Assembly: GCF_963676685.1 (NCBI RefSeq)
Contig: NC_092347.1
Span: 73,222,001-73,286,000 of the forward strand
Origin: Mytilus edulis
Lineage: Eukaryota
Length of the DNA stretch: 64,000 bases
Direction: 5' to 3'
The position numbers and the translations under genes are program-made. This document shows positions 51,531 through 63,785 of the stretch, piece after piece; within the stretch, counting starts at the first letter, position 1, and the number at the start of each line of letters is the position of its first letter. The notes below the pieces were generated by a model. The model saw only the letters and a program-made list of their open reading frames with translations, searched no databases and was not told the origin of the DNA.

Positions 51531-54500
51531 AGGGATTAATTGTGTTTAGAAATGACAGTTAAGTATCGACAAATACAAGAAAAGGGAAAAGATAAAAAAA
51601 TAAATATGTTACATCCGTGAAGTATATCTAAAGTAAAGTATTTTTTTTTATACTGACAATCTGTTATCTCAACATTTTTTATGTATCTCTTCCATTGCCC
51701 TTGCTATTTTTTATGGACGATATTCAACTCGTGCTGCTGCGTAAGCAGTTACTCACGTGAATGTACACTATGACGACCAAACTTTATTTTTAACTTACTC
51801 TATGGTTTATTATGCTATAATAAAAATATGTCCGAATTTTAAGATATTTTAGTTAACTTAAAATTACGTTCTAACATAGCTTATTGACAAATATTAATAC
51901 CCGTTTTTGGAATAACTGCATTACGGCCTTCCCTTTAAACGTCAGTGTTGCTCGTTTCTAAATAACATGAGGGGGGAAAGGTTACATTAGATCTTTTTTA
52001 AATAGACTAGTTCATAACATCGTTAAAATTATGATTAGAACAGGCTGCAAGATTAAGATTTTTCAGTTTTGACCATACATAGTTATCTCGTTTGAATTAT
52101 TTTACATTGTCATTTCGGGGTCTTTTATTGCTGACTATGCGGTTTATGTTTTGCTCTTCGTTGAAGACCGTACGGTGACCTATGGATATTGATTTCTGTG
52201 TCATTTGGTCTCTTGTGGAGAGTTGTCTTATTTGCAATCATACCACATCATCTTTATATATATATCTACAATTTTCAATACAATGTCAGTTGTGATAGGC
52301 TCTTTTTCGTAAATTATGTGCATGTTTCTGAGTTATGAATACAATATAATTTTGAATATAATGTTAAGCTGGTAAAGAAGAGATGCAATGTTATTTTCAC
52401 CACATACGTAAAGTGTGTAAAAATAATAAAAAAGTGAAGTCCTCAAAACATAAATATATATATTTAAAATCATGACCATACTTCACATTAAACCAGAACT
52501 TGGTAAACTTTTATCTGACTTTGTGTGTGTATAATTGCCCATGTCACAACACAACATTATTATCAGTATATATCATTAACACGTACAACAATATCAACTT
52601 ATTCTATATAATCGCGACACACCTACTCAGTAACATCTAACAAAACAGCAAGGACTTGTGTATTTAATTGTTCTTATATAGAATTAGTGTTAGAGCCGCC
52701 TACAAAGATATCTATAAATTCAATAACATCAGTAATATGCACCTGGCACTCTCTGTTTTTATTATTCCTGTTTAGGAACAATCTATACATCTACTCTTAC
52801 CTTAAATCAGGTGTTTAATACATCGATTAACAGATCAAACAGGTGGTACTTATCAGTCAATCTCATTTAACCAATCTTATGTGAACGCATTTCCAGCTAT
52901 TGCACAAGGGGTCTGAAATATACAACAATATCAACCACAGCATATTGTTTAATGTTGACTGTTGTTGTTGTTGTTGTTGTCGTTTTGTTTTTCTTTTGAC
53001 AAATTGATGGCTGTTTCTTTTCGATTAATTACCCCTTGGTATCCCTGTAATGCATTGTTAGGTTGTTGGTTTTTTTTCAAACGCTGATAATAAACATATG
53101 TCTCTAATTATCTATTACAAAGTAAAATCACAAAAGTACTGAACTCCAAGAAATATTAAAAATGAAAGTCCTTAATCAAATGGCAAAATCAAAAGCTCAA
53201 ACACATCAAACGAATGGATAACAACTGTCGTATTCATAACTTGGTACAGGCATTTTCGTATGCTAAAAATGTTGCAATTTCCGTATATACATGTTAATTC
53301 ACGATTAATAACTTAAATAATATGATTTAGTTTAGATGAATTGTAATGTAATATTGAAAACCAGAGAGTTACCCTGAATTTCTTGTAAAAATAAAGAGAC
53401 CCGTCGCTAGAATGTTGGACTAGTGAAGTGAATTGTTAACAGCATGCAACATATTGTTGAATAAAAATAAAAGAAAATGGTGGATTTAAGCTGGTCTTAT
53501 AGTTAGATAAACATCTCAACTGTATGACAGTCACATCAAATTCCAATATATTAACAAAAAAAACAGACACAATCGGTAAAAATTTCAAAATAGGGGTACA
53601 GCAGTCAACATTGTGTTATTATCCTAATCACTATAAAAACAAACAAATGTAACAAAGTACAAAAAGGCATACATCAAATTTAACCACCTCATTTTGCTTT
53701 TTTATTTAACAATTTTATTTATATATGTAGAATCCACCCGTCAAGGATTGATACTGAGCTTCTTATTTGTTCTTGAGTTTGTAAATTATATTGTATTTGA
53801 ATGATTTGATAAATGAATGGAATAGAAGGTACATAACAAATACTAATTAAAATAAATCATATATGATTTACACAAGCAAGAATAATTACATTCTCCCGAG
53901 ATTAAGAATCATCCATAATGTTTATAGATGTACAAGTTGTTGATTCAATACGTAAATCAAGTAATTTTACAATGTTTAAATATCATAATCGATATAGAGG
54001 ACACATCAAGGTAACACACACTTATAAAGCATCACCTTCTTAAAGATATATATCAGGCTCGTCGACGAGGCAGGACTGTCCTCATAAGCATACATCGCCC
54101 GTCAAACCAAGCTGTACGCAGTCAAAATGGCACAATCGTATATATAGCATAAGTGTTTTAAATTACAGATCAGACCACATGTATTGCAGATTCTGTTTGC
54201 CCTTCCGGAGCACCAGAGATCATCCCCAGTTTTTGGTGAGGTATGTGCTGCTTAGTATTTAGTTTTTTATAATAGTCTTGTGCACTATTATTTGTATGTG
54301 TATTTTTTTTTATGTTAGCCATGGCGTTGTCAGTTTAACTTTGATCAATGAGTTTGACTGTCCCTCTGGTATCTTTCGCCCCTCTTTTATGTATCTAAAT
54401 ATCTAAATACTCATGAAAGATACTAGGAATAATATTTGGGTTTTATCTAAACTGATTATAAAACTCATTAGTGACGCTTGAATCATAACAGTTGGAAGGC

Positions 54501-55537
54501 CAAATCAAATACGATGATGAAGAATATTAAAAAACCGAAAACTCCAAAACATTATAGCAAATACGACTTATACAATGTACTTATGAGAGTATATTAAACT
54601 TAGTATCGAGTACTATCACAAGTAAGTTTATGCACAAACATATTGTACAAAACAAACAAGTCGGTCAACAGGGATGCACAAGTAGTACCCATTGGAATAC
54701 AGGCTATCGGTTAGATATAAATAAAAATACTCAACAAATGTATTATCGATCTCGACCTAGTGTACTAGATTTTGGAATCATGTATTTTACAATGTAAATT
54801 TTCTAGACATTAAACAGGATATTTATATCAATGACTTCCAGCTTTGTAAATGAGACGAAGTGTTACATTTTTTTTTTAATTAAACATGATGTTTAGTAGT
54901 GTAAATTGTAGACAAATAATTGTTTTGATTAATACAAATTTTTAAAGATTGTGATTGAAGAGATAAGATCTTTCATTTCGTAATAAATCCTCATAAACTG
55001 CTTTAAAATAATTTGGCACAATATATCTGAGGATCATCTTGATCTGGACGAAAAATAAAGGGAGAACTATTGAAATCGTTTACAGAATTTTTTTTGAAAT
55101 ACTAAGGCTTTTCTGCCTAAGGAATAGATAACATTAGCTGTATTTGGCAAAAGTTTTAGGAATTTTTGGTCATCAATGCTCTTCAACTTCATACTTTATC
55201 TGGCCTTTTTACATTTTTTAATTGAAGCTTTACTGCTGAGTCTTTTGTAGACGAAATGCGCGTCTGACGCAAATGTAGATTTTTAATTTTGGCATCTTTG
55301 ATGAGTTTATTTATGACACTAGCAGTTTACCGATTTTTAAATCTCATAATTCAGTTACGAAAAAAAAATCAAGGTAGCAATCGAGAACTGCAGGAATTGC
55401 ATGAACTCAAAAAGAAGCGAGACCGGATGGGTCGAAAGGTTGCAGGCGGGATATCTATATCATCCTTTTTGACGTGAATACAATGAGAAAGATGGTTGGG
55501 TTTGTGATTTGCAATATCTTCCTCTTTTGCAAGTTTC

Positions 55538-56492
55538 TTGATTGATAACATATTTGTTACGTTCGGAGGACGTGTTTTTCAACAAACTGTCGGCATTCCA
55601 ATGGGAACAAACTGTGCCCCTCTACTCGCCGACTTGTTTCTTTATTTTTATGAGGCTGACTTCATGCAGGAACTTCTTAGGAAGAAAGATAAGAATTTAG
55701 CAATATCCTTTAACTATACTTTCCGCTATATAGATTATGTTCTTTCACTAAACAATTCAAAATTTGGTGACTATGGCATCTATCCAATCGAACTAGAGAT
55801 AAAGGAAACTACAGACACAGTTAAGTCGGCTTCATATCTTGACTTACATCTAGAAATTGACAATGAGGGTCGGTCGAAAACAAAACTTTACGACAAAAGA
55901 GATGATTTCAGCTTTCCAATTGTGAACTTTCCATATCTAAGTAGCAACATTCCAGCAGCAGCTGCATACGGGGTATATATCTCCCAATTGATACGATATT
56001 CCCGTGCTTGCATTTCCTATCATGATTTTCTTGATAGAGGTTTGCTGCTCACAAGGAAGCTATTAAATCAAGAGTTCCAAATGGTGAAGTTGAAATCATC
56101 CCTTCGCAAATTTTACGGACGCCATCACGAGTTGGTTGACCGTTATGGAATAACCGTTTCACAAATGATATCGGATATGTTCCTTACGTCGTAACTGCAA
56201 TCCCCTTCCCTTTCATGAATATGAACTACCGAATTAGACTATTTACCGGATTTGTAATCACATAAGCAACACGACGGGTGCCACATGTGGAGCAGGATCT
56301 GCTTACCCTTCCGGAGCACCTGAGATCACCCCTAGTTTTTGGTGGGGTTCGTGTTGTTAATTCTTTAGTTTTCTATGTTGTGTCGTGTGTACTATTGTTT
56401 TTCTGTTTGTCTTTTTCATTTTTAGCCATGGCGTTGTCAGTTTATTTTGGATTTATGAGTTTGACTGTCCCTTTGGTATCTTTCGTCCCTCT
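55538..56492 (+). mobile_element. 5'-truncated Penelope-like retroelement (probable Naiad clade): RT/thumb ORF 55538-56194 plus 3' UTR
   Basis: GIPMGTNCAPLLADLFL, FRYIDY (YIDD mutated), YLDLHL, LYDKRDDFSFPIVNFP and YGVYISQLIRY. The ORF stops after the thumb with no C-terminal GIY-YIG domain. Confidence 0.92.
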
Positions 56493-57959
56493 TTTGCAAA
56501 TGATGTAGGGTTATATATTTGATTTCCAGTTTCGTTGTGTAAGTTAGTCAACCAATAAAAAACATAAGATTCGGTAAAACAAATTTTCTCAGCATGCAGT
56601 TGACAATGACACATCTTATTGTTTAAAATTCTGACAAAATCTTTCATTCAAGTAAACTTTTAAGATTCACATCACTAGAAAATACAATTGCGTATGATGA
56701 GCGAAAGTATGAATGATTTGTGTATTTCTGTCATTGGTTCATTTTTTACATGCGCAAGCTTTTTTAAACAATTTCCGCAAGTAGCGATTATAAACTTATG
56801 ATCAACTCTGCTTCCTTCTCTACGATGTAATTACATTACTAATATACAAGTTCCCTCTTCTTATGTATTGTTGGATGAAAAGTAATAAAGTGACCAAAGT
56901 GAATAATGAAATGCAGTGTGATTTTCTCAGATCTTTAAGATGATACGTTGATCTTGTTTTGTGTAATTCCAATATACCCACTATTAAAGTATTTTCGTTG
57001 GCTTAGTGATTTACGTCTGTTGGTATCGAATTTGTCCCTTTGGCTAATATTGGAAAGTATCTCCTCCCCCCATCCCTCTAAAGGAACGAAACTCCCACAA
57101 ATTCAAAAGAAGAAAGAGGTGAAAAATACTCAAATACTCAAATGCATGAAACAGTAGTCTGCAAATTTTGAAACTTTTGTTTTTCATTTTTTTATTAGCT
57201 GTCAGTACCCATGGATATTCATTTAACGTCACTCTCTGATGAGTCTAGCGCTTTCAAATTATACATTGAAGATTTAAAAGACCGAAGAAATACTGTTTGA
57301 AATGCAATCGAACACAGGGAAAAACATTTGAGATATGACAAAACAAAACAAACCGCCGGCATTTATAATATTAACAAATTTATTTTCTGGTAACGGAAGA
57401 AAAAAAAGTTTAGGAATTAGATTGAACAAGCAGCACGATCCCATACTTATGCTTAACCATAACTTGAATATAGCTTCTCTTGTATTCGGAAGTTAAAATA
57501 GTTCAAAACTGGTACCGATGATGAATCGGCCACTATGGAAAACAAGAGAAAAACATTTATAAAAAAAACTTAAACAGGAATATATTGTAGCATATTGTCT
57601 AATGTAAAACGATACGGTCATGACCCCTCCCTCTCACCCCTTTTTGTCATCTTATCAGATCCATTATCTGCATGAGTAATACGATATCTTTTTTAAACAT
57701 AAATACAAACAAACAATCAGAGATATATAAATGCTTTAAAAGTATAATATTTTAAAAACGCATACATATATATGTGTGTGTACCAACGTGAGTACCGCTA
57801 GATACTTTATTTGTATGTATAAAATCAGAGTATGCAAATGTATTGCTTGTTTAATCGTAAGTAAATTGCATTTGCAGATATATATGTCTCTTCCAATTTC
57901 CAACACGAATTGCATGGTCAAAAAATTATTTTTAAATGAAACCAAACATGGTTTAATTA

Positions 57960-58982
57960 CTCTTGTTTAATTTTCTTTTTCGCCACACCTTATTCCAAAA
58001 CAGTATTTGTTGTCGTCACTTTGATTTGTTTCTCTCAATTTTTCAAATAAACAAAAAAAAAAAGGCAACAGTAGTATACCCCTATTCAAAAGTCACAAAT
58101 CGATTAAGGATGTTTGCTCCTCTATTTTTGATTTTTTGCCAGATTTTCGGAATCCTCTGGTTTTATCCATGTATTAACATAAAAAAAAATTTGCTTACTA
58201 ACCCCCACTTTTCTTTTCACATTTTTATTACATACAAGTTAAAAAGCCATATTTCAATCTTATGAAATTCTTGTTATTTTTTCATAGTTTTTTAAACAAA
58301 AAAGGTGTTAATGTTAAATGTAAGAAAAATCTAGAGAGAATTATTTCCCGCCAAATTTGAAATGGCTTTATATATCTCGAAAACAAGCACACGGACCCAC
58401 CATTTTTTTCTGCTTTTTTAGTTTCTTTATTTATATACTATCAATTTATAACAGTCTTTTAAAAAGCTTGTTATTTTGAAACAGAGTAGCGAACATCCTT
58501 AAGCGGGAAAAGAATCCGGGTCACAAAAAAAAATGAGTCCACAGCAGCGTTGTCGTCTACAGTAAACCTGGAATCAAATTGGAAGTGCAAATGTTCATTC
58601 ATCCAACATCTTTATTTGTATGATCAACATGCAAGATAAACTGATCAACATAAGCCATTTGACCACACAATTGTATTCAACCATACAATTATTTTTTACT
58701 AAATCTAAATGTGTGACAAGTTAAACATTTTAAAGGTAAAAAAACAAAATGCTGACTGATAAGAAAAAAAGTCAGGGAAGCCCGCAATTTTAACCAAGAC
58801 AGACGACGTCAAAGCATCATGATTCTTCCGTAATACATTTTGAACAATAATGATTTTTTTTTATTCATCAGACTCGGTTTGTTTTTTGATAAGATTGAAA
58901 GTTTATAACCCGGATTTGTTTTCTCTCAATCGAATATACTGTTTTGGAATAAGGTGTGGCGAAAAAGAAAATTAAACAAGAG
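57960..58982. mobile_element. TIR element with TA flanks (Tc1/mariner-type MITE) carrying a nested MITE
   Basis: CTCTTGTTTAATTTTCTTTTTCGCCACACCTTATTCCAAAACAGTAT is inverted at 58936-58982, with TA on both sides. Confidence 0.75.
58108..58498. mobile_element. Kolobok-like MITE (TTAA TSD)
   Basis: TTAA|GGATGTTTGCTCCTCT ... AGAGTAGCGAACATCC|TTAA. Confidence 0.75.
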
Positions 58983-58987
58983 TATAA

Positions 58988-60281
58988 CGTGACGGTACCC
59001 AAATTGCACCTTTTTTGACAGTTTTTTCACCTACGTTTTTTATGATAAAGAAAAAAATGTCCATACTGTATTTATTTTGTAGCCCTATCCTTCTTTTTTG
59101 TATAGGTACACCAATTTGATTTTTAATCCATATTGAGTCATAAAAAATGGGTTTGAATCAACCTCCAAACTATCCATAATTTTGTAATGAGGAGTACCCA
59201 AATTGCATCCATGCTTAAATTCACATCGTCAAAAGTCTAATAACCGAGCTTTTGTGTAATTTCTTCAAATATTTGAACAATTGGATATTAGTAAAATTGA
59301 GAATGGAAATGGGGAATGTGCCAAAGAGACAACAACCCGACCATAGAAAAAAACAACAGCAGAAGGTCACCAACAGGTCTTCAATGTAGCGAATAATTCC
59401 CGCACCCGGAGGCGTCCTTCAGCTGGCCCCTAAACAAATATATACTAGTTCAGTGATAATGAACGCCATACTAATTTCCAAATTGACACAAGAAACTAAA
59501 ATTAAAATAATACAAGACAAACAAAGGCCAGAGGCTCCTGACTTGGGACAGGCGCAAAAATGCGGCGGGGTTAAACATGTTTGTGAGATCTCAACCCTCC
59601 CCATATACCTCTAGCCAATGTAGAAAGGTAAACGCATAACAATACGCACATTAAAATTCAGTTCAAGAGAAGTCCGAGTCTGATGTCAGAAGATGTAACC
59701 AAAGAAAATAAACAAAAATTACAATAATACATAAATAACAACAGACTACTAGCAGTTAACTGACATGCCAGCTCCAGACTTCAATTAAACTGACTGAAAG
59801 ATTATGATTTCATCATATGAACATCAGGCACAATCCTTCCCGTTAGGGGTTTAGTATCATACCATCATAACATATATGAGAAGAACATAACCCGTGTCAT
59901 GCCAACAACTGGTTTTTGAATAAATGTGTGTAGTTCCGATGCTTACTCTTCATATTTTATGCTTACTCTTAATATTTTACGAAATGGATACTTATAATAT
60001 ATTATATTTGCTAGTTTTAAAAAGATGACGTTTTGATGACGTCGCATGGTGACGTTTTCGTACATTTTCTTTTTTCAGTAAACAGTCCATCTGTTGATAA
60101 ATACTGTGAACGTTTTGTGCATATCTAAATATGTCTACCTATGTTGAAAGACGTGCATAGTATCAAATCATAAAAATATAAATTGTTTAGTGTCTAGGAG
60201 AATTCATAAGTAAGATTTCCGTTGATATTTTTTCTAAATAGGTACAATTTGGGTACTTGGTGCAATTTGGGTACCCTTACG
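58988..60281. mobile_element. TIR element with nested family C repeat (59293-59940)
   Basis: CGTGACGGTACCCAAATTGCACC versus GGTGCAATTTGGGTACCCTTACG, with internal repeats of GTACCCAAATTG. Confidence 0.7.
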
Positions 60282-60294
60282 ATATATACCAAAT

Positions 60295-60770
60295 CGCGAT
60301 GATTTTAATTTTCCCATAGTCAACTTTCCATTTCTGTGTAGCAACATCCCAGCGGCGCCATCATATGGAGTATATGTGTGTCAATTGATACGTTACTTTA
60401 GAGCTAGCTCAAAGAACATTGATTTTGTTGAATGAGGAATACTGCTTTCTCAAAAGTTGCTAAGACAGGGCTATGAATCAATCAAATTAAGGTCATCACT
60501 CAAGAAATTTTACGGTCCCCATCATGAGCTGATTGTCCATTATGACAAAACTGTGTCAGAAATCATATCTGATATTCTTCCTCAGTCATAATAACCTTCC
60601 ATCATTACCGAACTGAATAAAAAAAATAACACGACGGGTGCCGTATACGGTGCAGGAAATACTTACCCTTCCGGAGCACCTGATTTCACTCCCGGTTTTT
60701 AGTGGAGTTCGTGTTGTTTCTTCTTTATTATTCATAACTGTTGGTGTAAATGTCCTTTGGTTTTGTGAGT
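60295..60770 (+). mobile_element. Penelope-like element 3' fragment (thumb + 3' UTR)
   Basis: RDDFNFPIVNFPFLCSNIPAAPSYGVYVCQLIRY...KKFYGPHHEL...SDILPQS*, with one internal stop. Confidence 0.88.
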
Positions 60771-60903
60771 CTGTAATATTTTTTGTCTATTCGAAATAGC
60801 ATAAAAAATGTGGTGCACACTTTAAAAAAAACCGCCACGCGAGTTATTCAGTGTGAACCACATTTTTTATGTCATTTCTTCATAGACAGAAAAAATATTA
60901 CAG
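60771..60903. repeat. Palindromic MITE-like element
   Basis: CTGTAATATTTTTTGTCTAT...CATAAAAAATGTGGT is mirrored by ACCACATTTTTTATG...ATAGACAGAAAAAATATTACAG. Confidence 0.7.
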
Positions 60904-61164
60904 TCACTCCTTCAATAATTATGACAATAAGAAAATGAAATCTGTAGCGAAAACAGCAAAAGAATATGGTATAAATGATAGTTTATTTTCAATGATTGTG
61001 TAATAACAGGATGAAGCAGGCCCTTTTAAAACATTTTTGCAGATTCATTGTACTACTTTTTGTGAATGAAATAACAACACAAAACTTTCAAATTCATCAG
61101 GTCATCTAACTGAAACTTTTCCTTCCCTAAATACATGTCCAAATACCACCACGTTCTTGTTTTG

Positions 61165-61210
61165 GTGAAGATATTCCCAACGGAATTTTCCAAACTCTAT
61201 ATAAATTTAA
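61165..61210 (+). promoter_or_regulatory. Putative gene 3 promoter: kB site(s) + TATA box
   Basis: GGAATTTTCC at 61182-61191 and GATATTCCC at 61170-61178 lie immediately before TATATAAA (61198-61205), about 70 nt upstream of the ATG. This is the same TATA-ATG spacing as in gene 2. Confidence 0.6.
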
Positions 61211-61270
61211 GTCCAGGATTCACTATTTAATAACTATTTAATATCATTTCAAGCACCAATCATTTATACT

Positions 61271-63448
61271 ATGGACTCCGTAAGTTTTATTTTACACATG
61301 TCTAGATGGATATTTTCATCGAACAAAATATAGTCCTCACTATGTACGATTCGGTTGAATTCCAAATTACAGTTTCTTGCGGGATCAGTTTTGTTCACAA
61401 AGCAAATTATTAACAATAATTTTCAAAATTAATTGAGTATATGTCTTAAGGAAGAACCACGAAAGGCTGAAGCACACAATTATGTTTAATTTGTACTGAC
61501 AGATGTTCATATAACAAATAGATCTCTTTCCTAAAATTCAACATTTTTCTTTTTCCTGTTAGTTCATAAATATAAAGCTAAAATTAAAACTTAGTGAACT
61601 TATTGTACAATGGAGGAAGTTTAGGGTGATTAAGGTCGAATGACCTTTTATGAATGAAACAAAGATGATGTTACACGAGGAAGAAACGCAGCAAAGCAAG
61701 TACCGAAACACTACTGAATATCTTGAGAATTTACATTCCTCAAGTCTTCTATGAAATAGTTATAATTACATTACGTTACAAAACTTTTTGCATTCATTAG
61801 AATAAATCTAACACAAATTTCCTTATTTAAATCACTACATTTACTAATGCTGTGATTACTATACTACCTATGGTTAATTCTTAGTTAAAGTGTGTTTTTA
61901 TTTGAACTTCTTTGTTTCGTACTTTATTATTTTTGATGGAATTGGAAGTTTTACATTCATGGAATGTTTTAGAGGGAACGTAATAATTCGGTAAACAAAT
62001 AGTATATTTATAAACTCCAAATTGATGTTCTATGTGAATTTATGTAGCAAGTGGGTTGATATAATCAGTTTATCCTTTTCGTTTGTTATACGATGTGTCA
62101 GTAGCCCACAATGTAGTTCATTTCCGTCAATTTACAGTTTTGAATGGTTTAACCTTATTTAACAATATATAATGATTGAGATATCAAATCCATTCAATTT
62201 CTTTGATACATTGTTTAGTAAAATTAAGTTCTTACAGTTTATAGCATGAAGCTCTATGTACCATTAATATACAGGTTAAACTTACGGATCAATATAATAT
62301 ATCATTGTCATCCCTACCAATATCAGTTCTACTGTTTTTACATTAAATTGCAAACTTTTATTGCATTATCATAGTATCATATACACACTATTTTCATGTT
62401 TTACGAATAACAATGTTAAAATTATGAACGAAGCTTTCCGATTTCTGGGGAAATGTGTTATAAACGTTTATAATTTTCTGACATTGCATTTTTCTTTCAA
62501 ACGGCATTTAAATATTACTACAAATTACTACAATTATGATTATCAAAATGTTTACTCAACAATAAAACCATTAAAGAATCCTTTTTTTTTTTTTTTTAAT
62601 GACGTTACCTGGAATTGACATTGCGTGAAATACCCTTTTGTTATACTTGCTAGATAAAGACAGCAGGAAATGTTCTAACTTAATTAAACATGTTAAACAA
62701 ATCGTGATCCCCTGTAGGATTAGGTTCAAAACTCACGAGACTGCAACCATTATTATATATTAATTTTTAAATGTAAACATATATTTATCATTTTATTTTT
62801 CAGTCATTACAAATCGTCTCCTTTTTATGTGTTATGTATCTTGCATTGCCATCATTTGCAATGCCCATTACCTGCGATCCAGAAAACTACACGCGATTAC
62901 AGATTAAGGACAGAATACATACTCGTCTTATGCCATCAGCTGAGGCCTTAAAAAGCAACATAGTACGTAAATACTGAATATATTTAGTTAATTATTCAAA
63001 TTGATTTCAATTAATTCTTGAATGACTTTTAGAGTCACAGTTTAGAAAGCAAAGATACGTCTAATGGAAAGAAAATAAAACAATATTAAATTTTTCTAAT
63101 ATCAAATGTATGAATTGTCCCATTTGTATAATAAATTGTTTTTTTTTTTTAAATATTAACATCTTCTGGCACTTGCTAACTATCGAACACGGTCTTGGTT
63201 GCTGATTTAGTTTGTAACCTGGAATTGTCTTCTCTTAATTTTGATATGACCTTCGAACAGTGGTATACTACCAATGATTTTATTTAGTTTATTTACTCGT
63301 TCGTCACTTATTTTACGTAACATAACTATCATTTATGTTTATTTAGGTTTCCAAATTTCCACTCTGGGTTTTACCATATTTAGACGCTGCAGCATTACCA
63401 GGATTTCCAAACATATCATCTAATGGAAAATGTTCACTTTGTACACAG
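61271..63448 (+). CDS. Gene 3 (3'-partial): secreted helical cytokine-like paralog of gene 2; exons 1-3, last exon beyond the window
   Basis: Exons 61271-61279 (MDS|gtaagt), 62804-62962 and 63347-63448, phase 0: MDSSLQIVSFLCVMYLALPSFA/MPITCDPENYTRLQIKDRIHTRLMPSAEALKSNIVSKFPLWVLPYLDAAALPGFPNISSNGKCSLCTQ. It aligns with gene 2 (PIxC, RLxIxDRIH, AExLK, LDxAA, GFPxISSN, CSxCxQ). Confidence 0.85.
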
Positions 63449-63581
63449 GTACGTTAGTTATCTGTTATGAAAACATGTTTTTGAAATTTTAACATTGTAT
63501 TTGAATTAAGACGTACTAACAATTCTTTGATATCATATAGTCTGCACACACTATTGCATACACAAACACACACACACTCTA

Positions 63582-63785
63582 TACTGTAAATTCAGAAATT
63601 ATTGCGAGGTTTTTTTTATTGCGAAAAATGCGACAGGGTAATAATCGCAATATTCAAACTTGCATATAGAAATTTTTTAAATGAATGAAACAGGATTTTC
63701 TCAATATTGCAAGAATTGAAATCGCATTTTAGTCCCAAATGACATAATGGCATTAATAAATGCACGCAATAATGAACTTACAGTA
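63582..63785. mobile_element. Small MITE in gene 3 intron 3
   Basis: TACTGTAAATTC...ATTATTGCG and CGCAATAAT...TTACAGTA are inverted termini. Confidence 0.6.

Noticed and set aside
55369-55551. Minus-strand 60-aa ORF (KKLAKEEDIANHKPNHLSHC...) next to the PLE
   Set aside because: Short, overlaps the PLE truncation point, and has no recognisable domain or supporting exons.
56200-56260. Possible SECIS in the Naiad-like 3' UTR (ATGA...AA...GA)
   Set aside because: I could not build a convincing stem around the GA quartet by eye.
61610-61624. ATG GAG GAA|gtttag as an alternative exon 1 of gene 3
   Set aside because: Weak donor. The 61271 candidate has GTAAGT and the same TATA spacing as gene 2.
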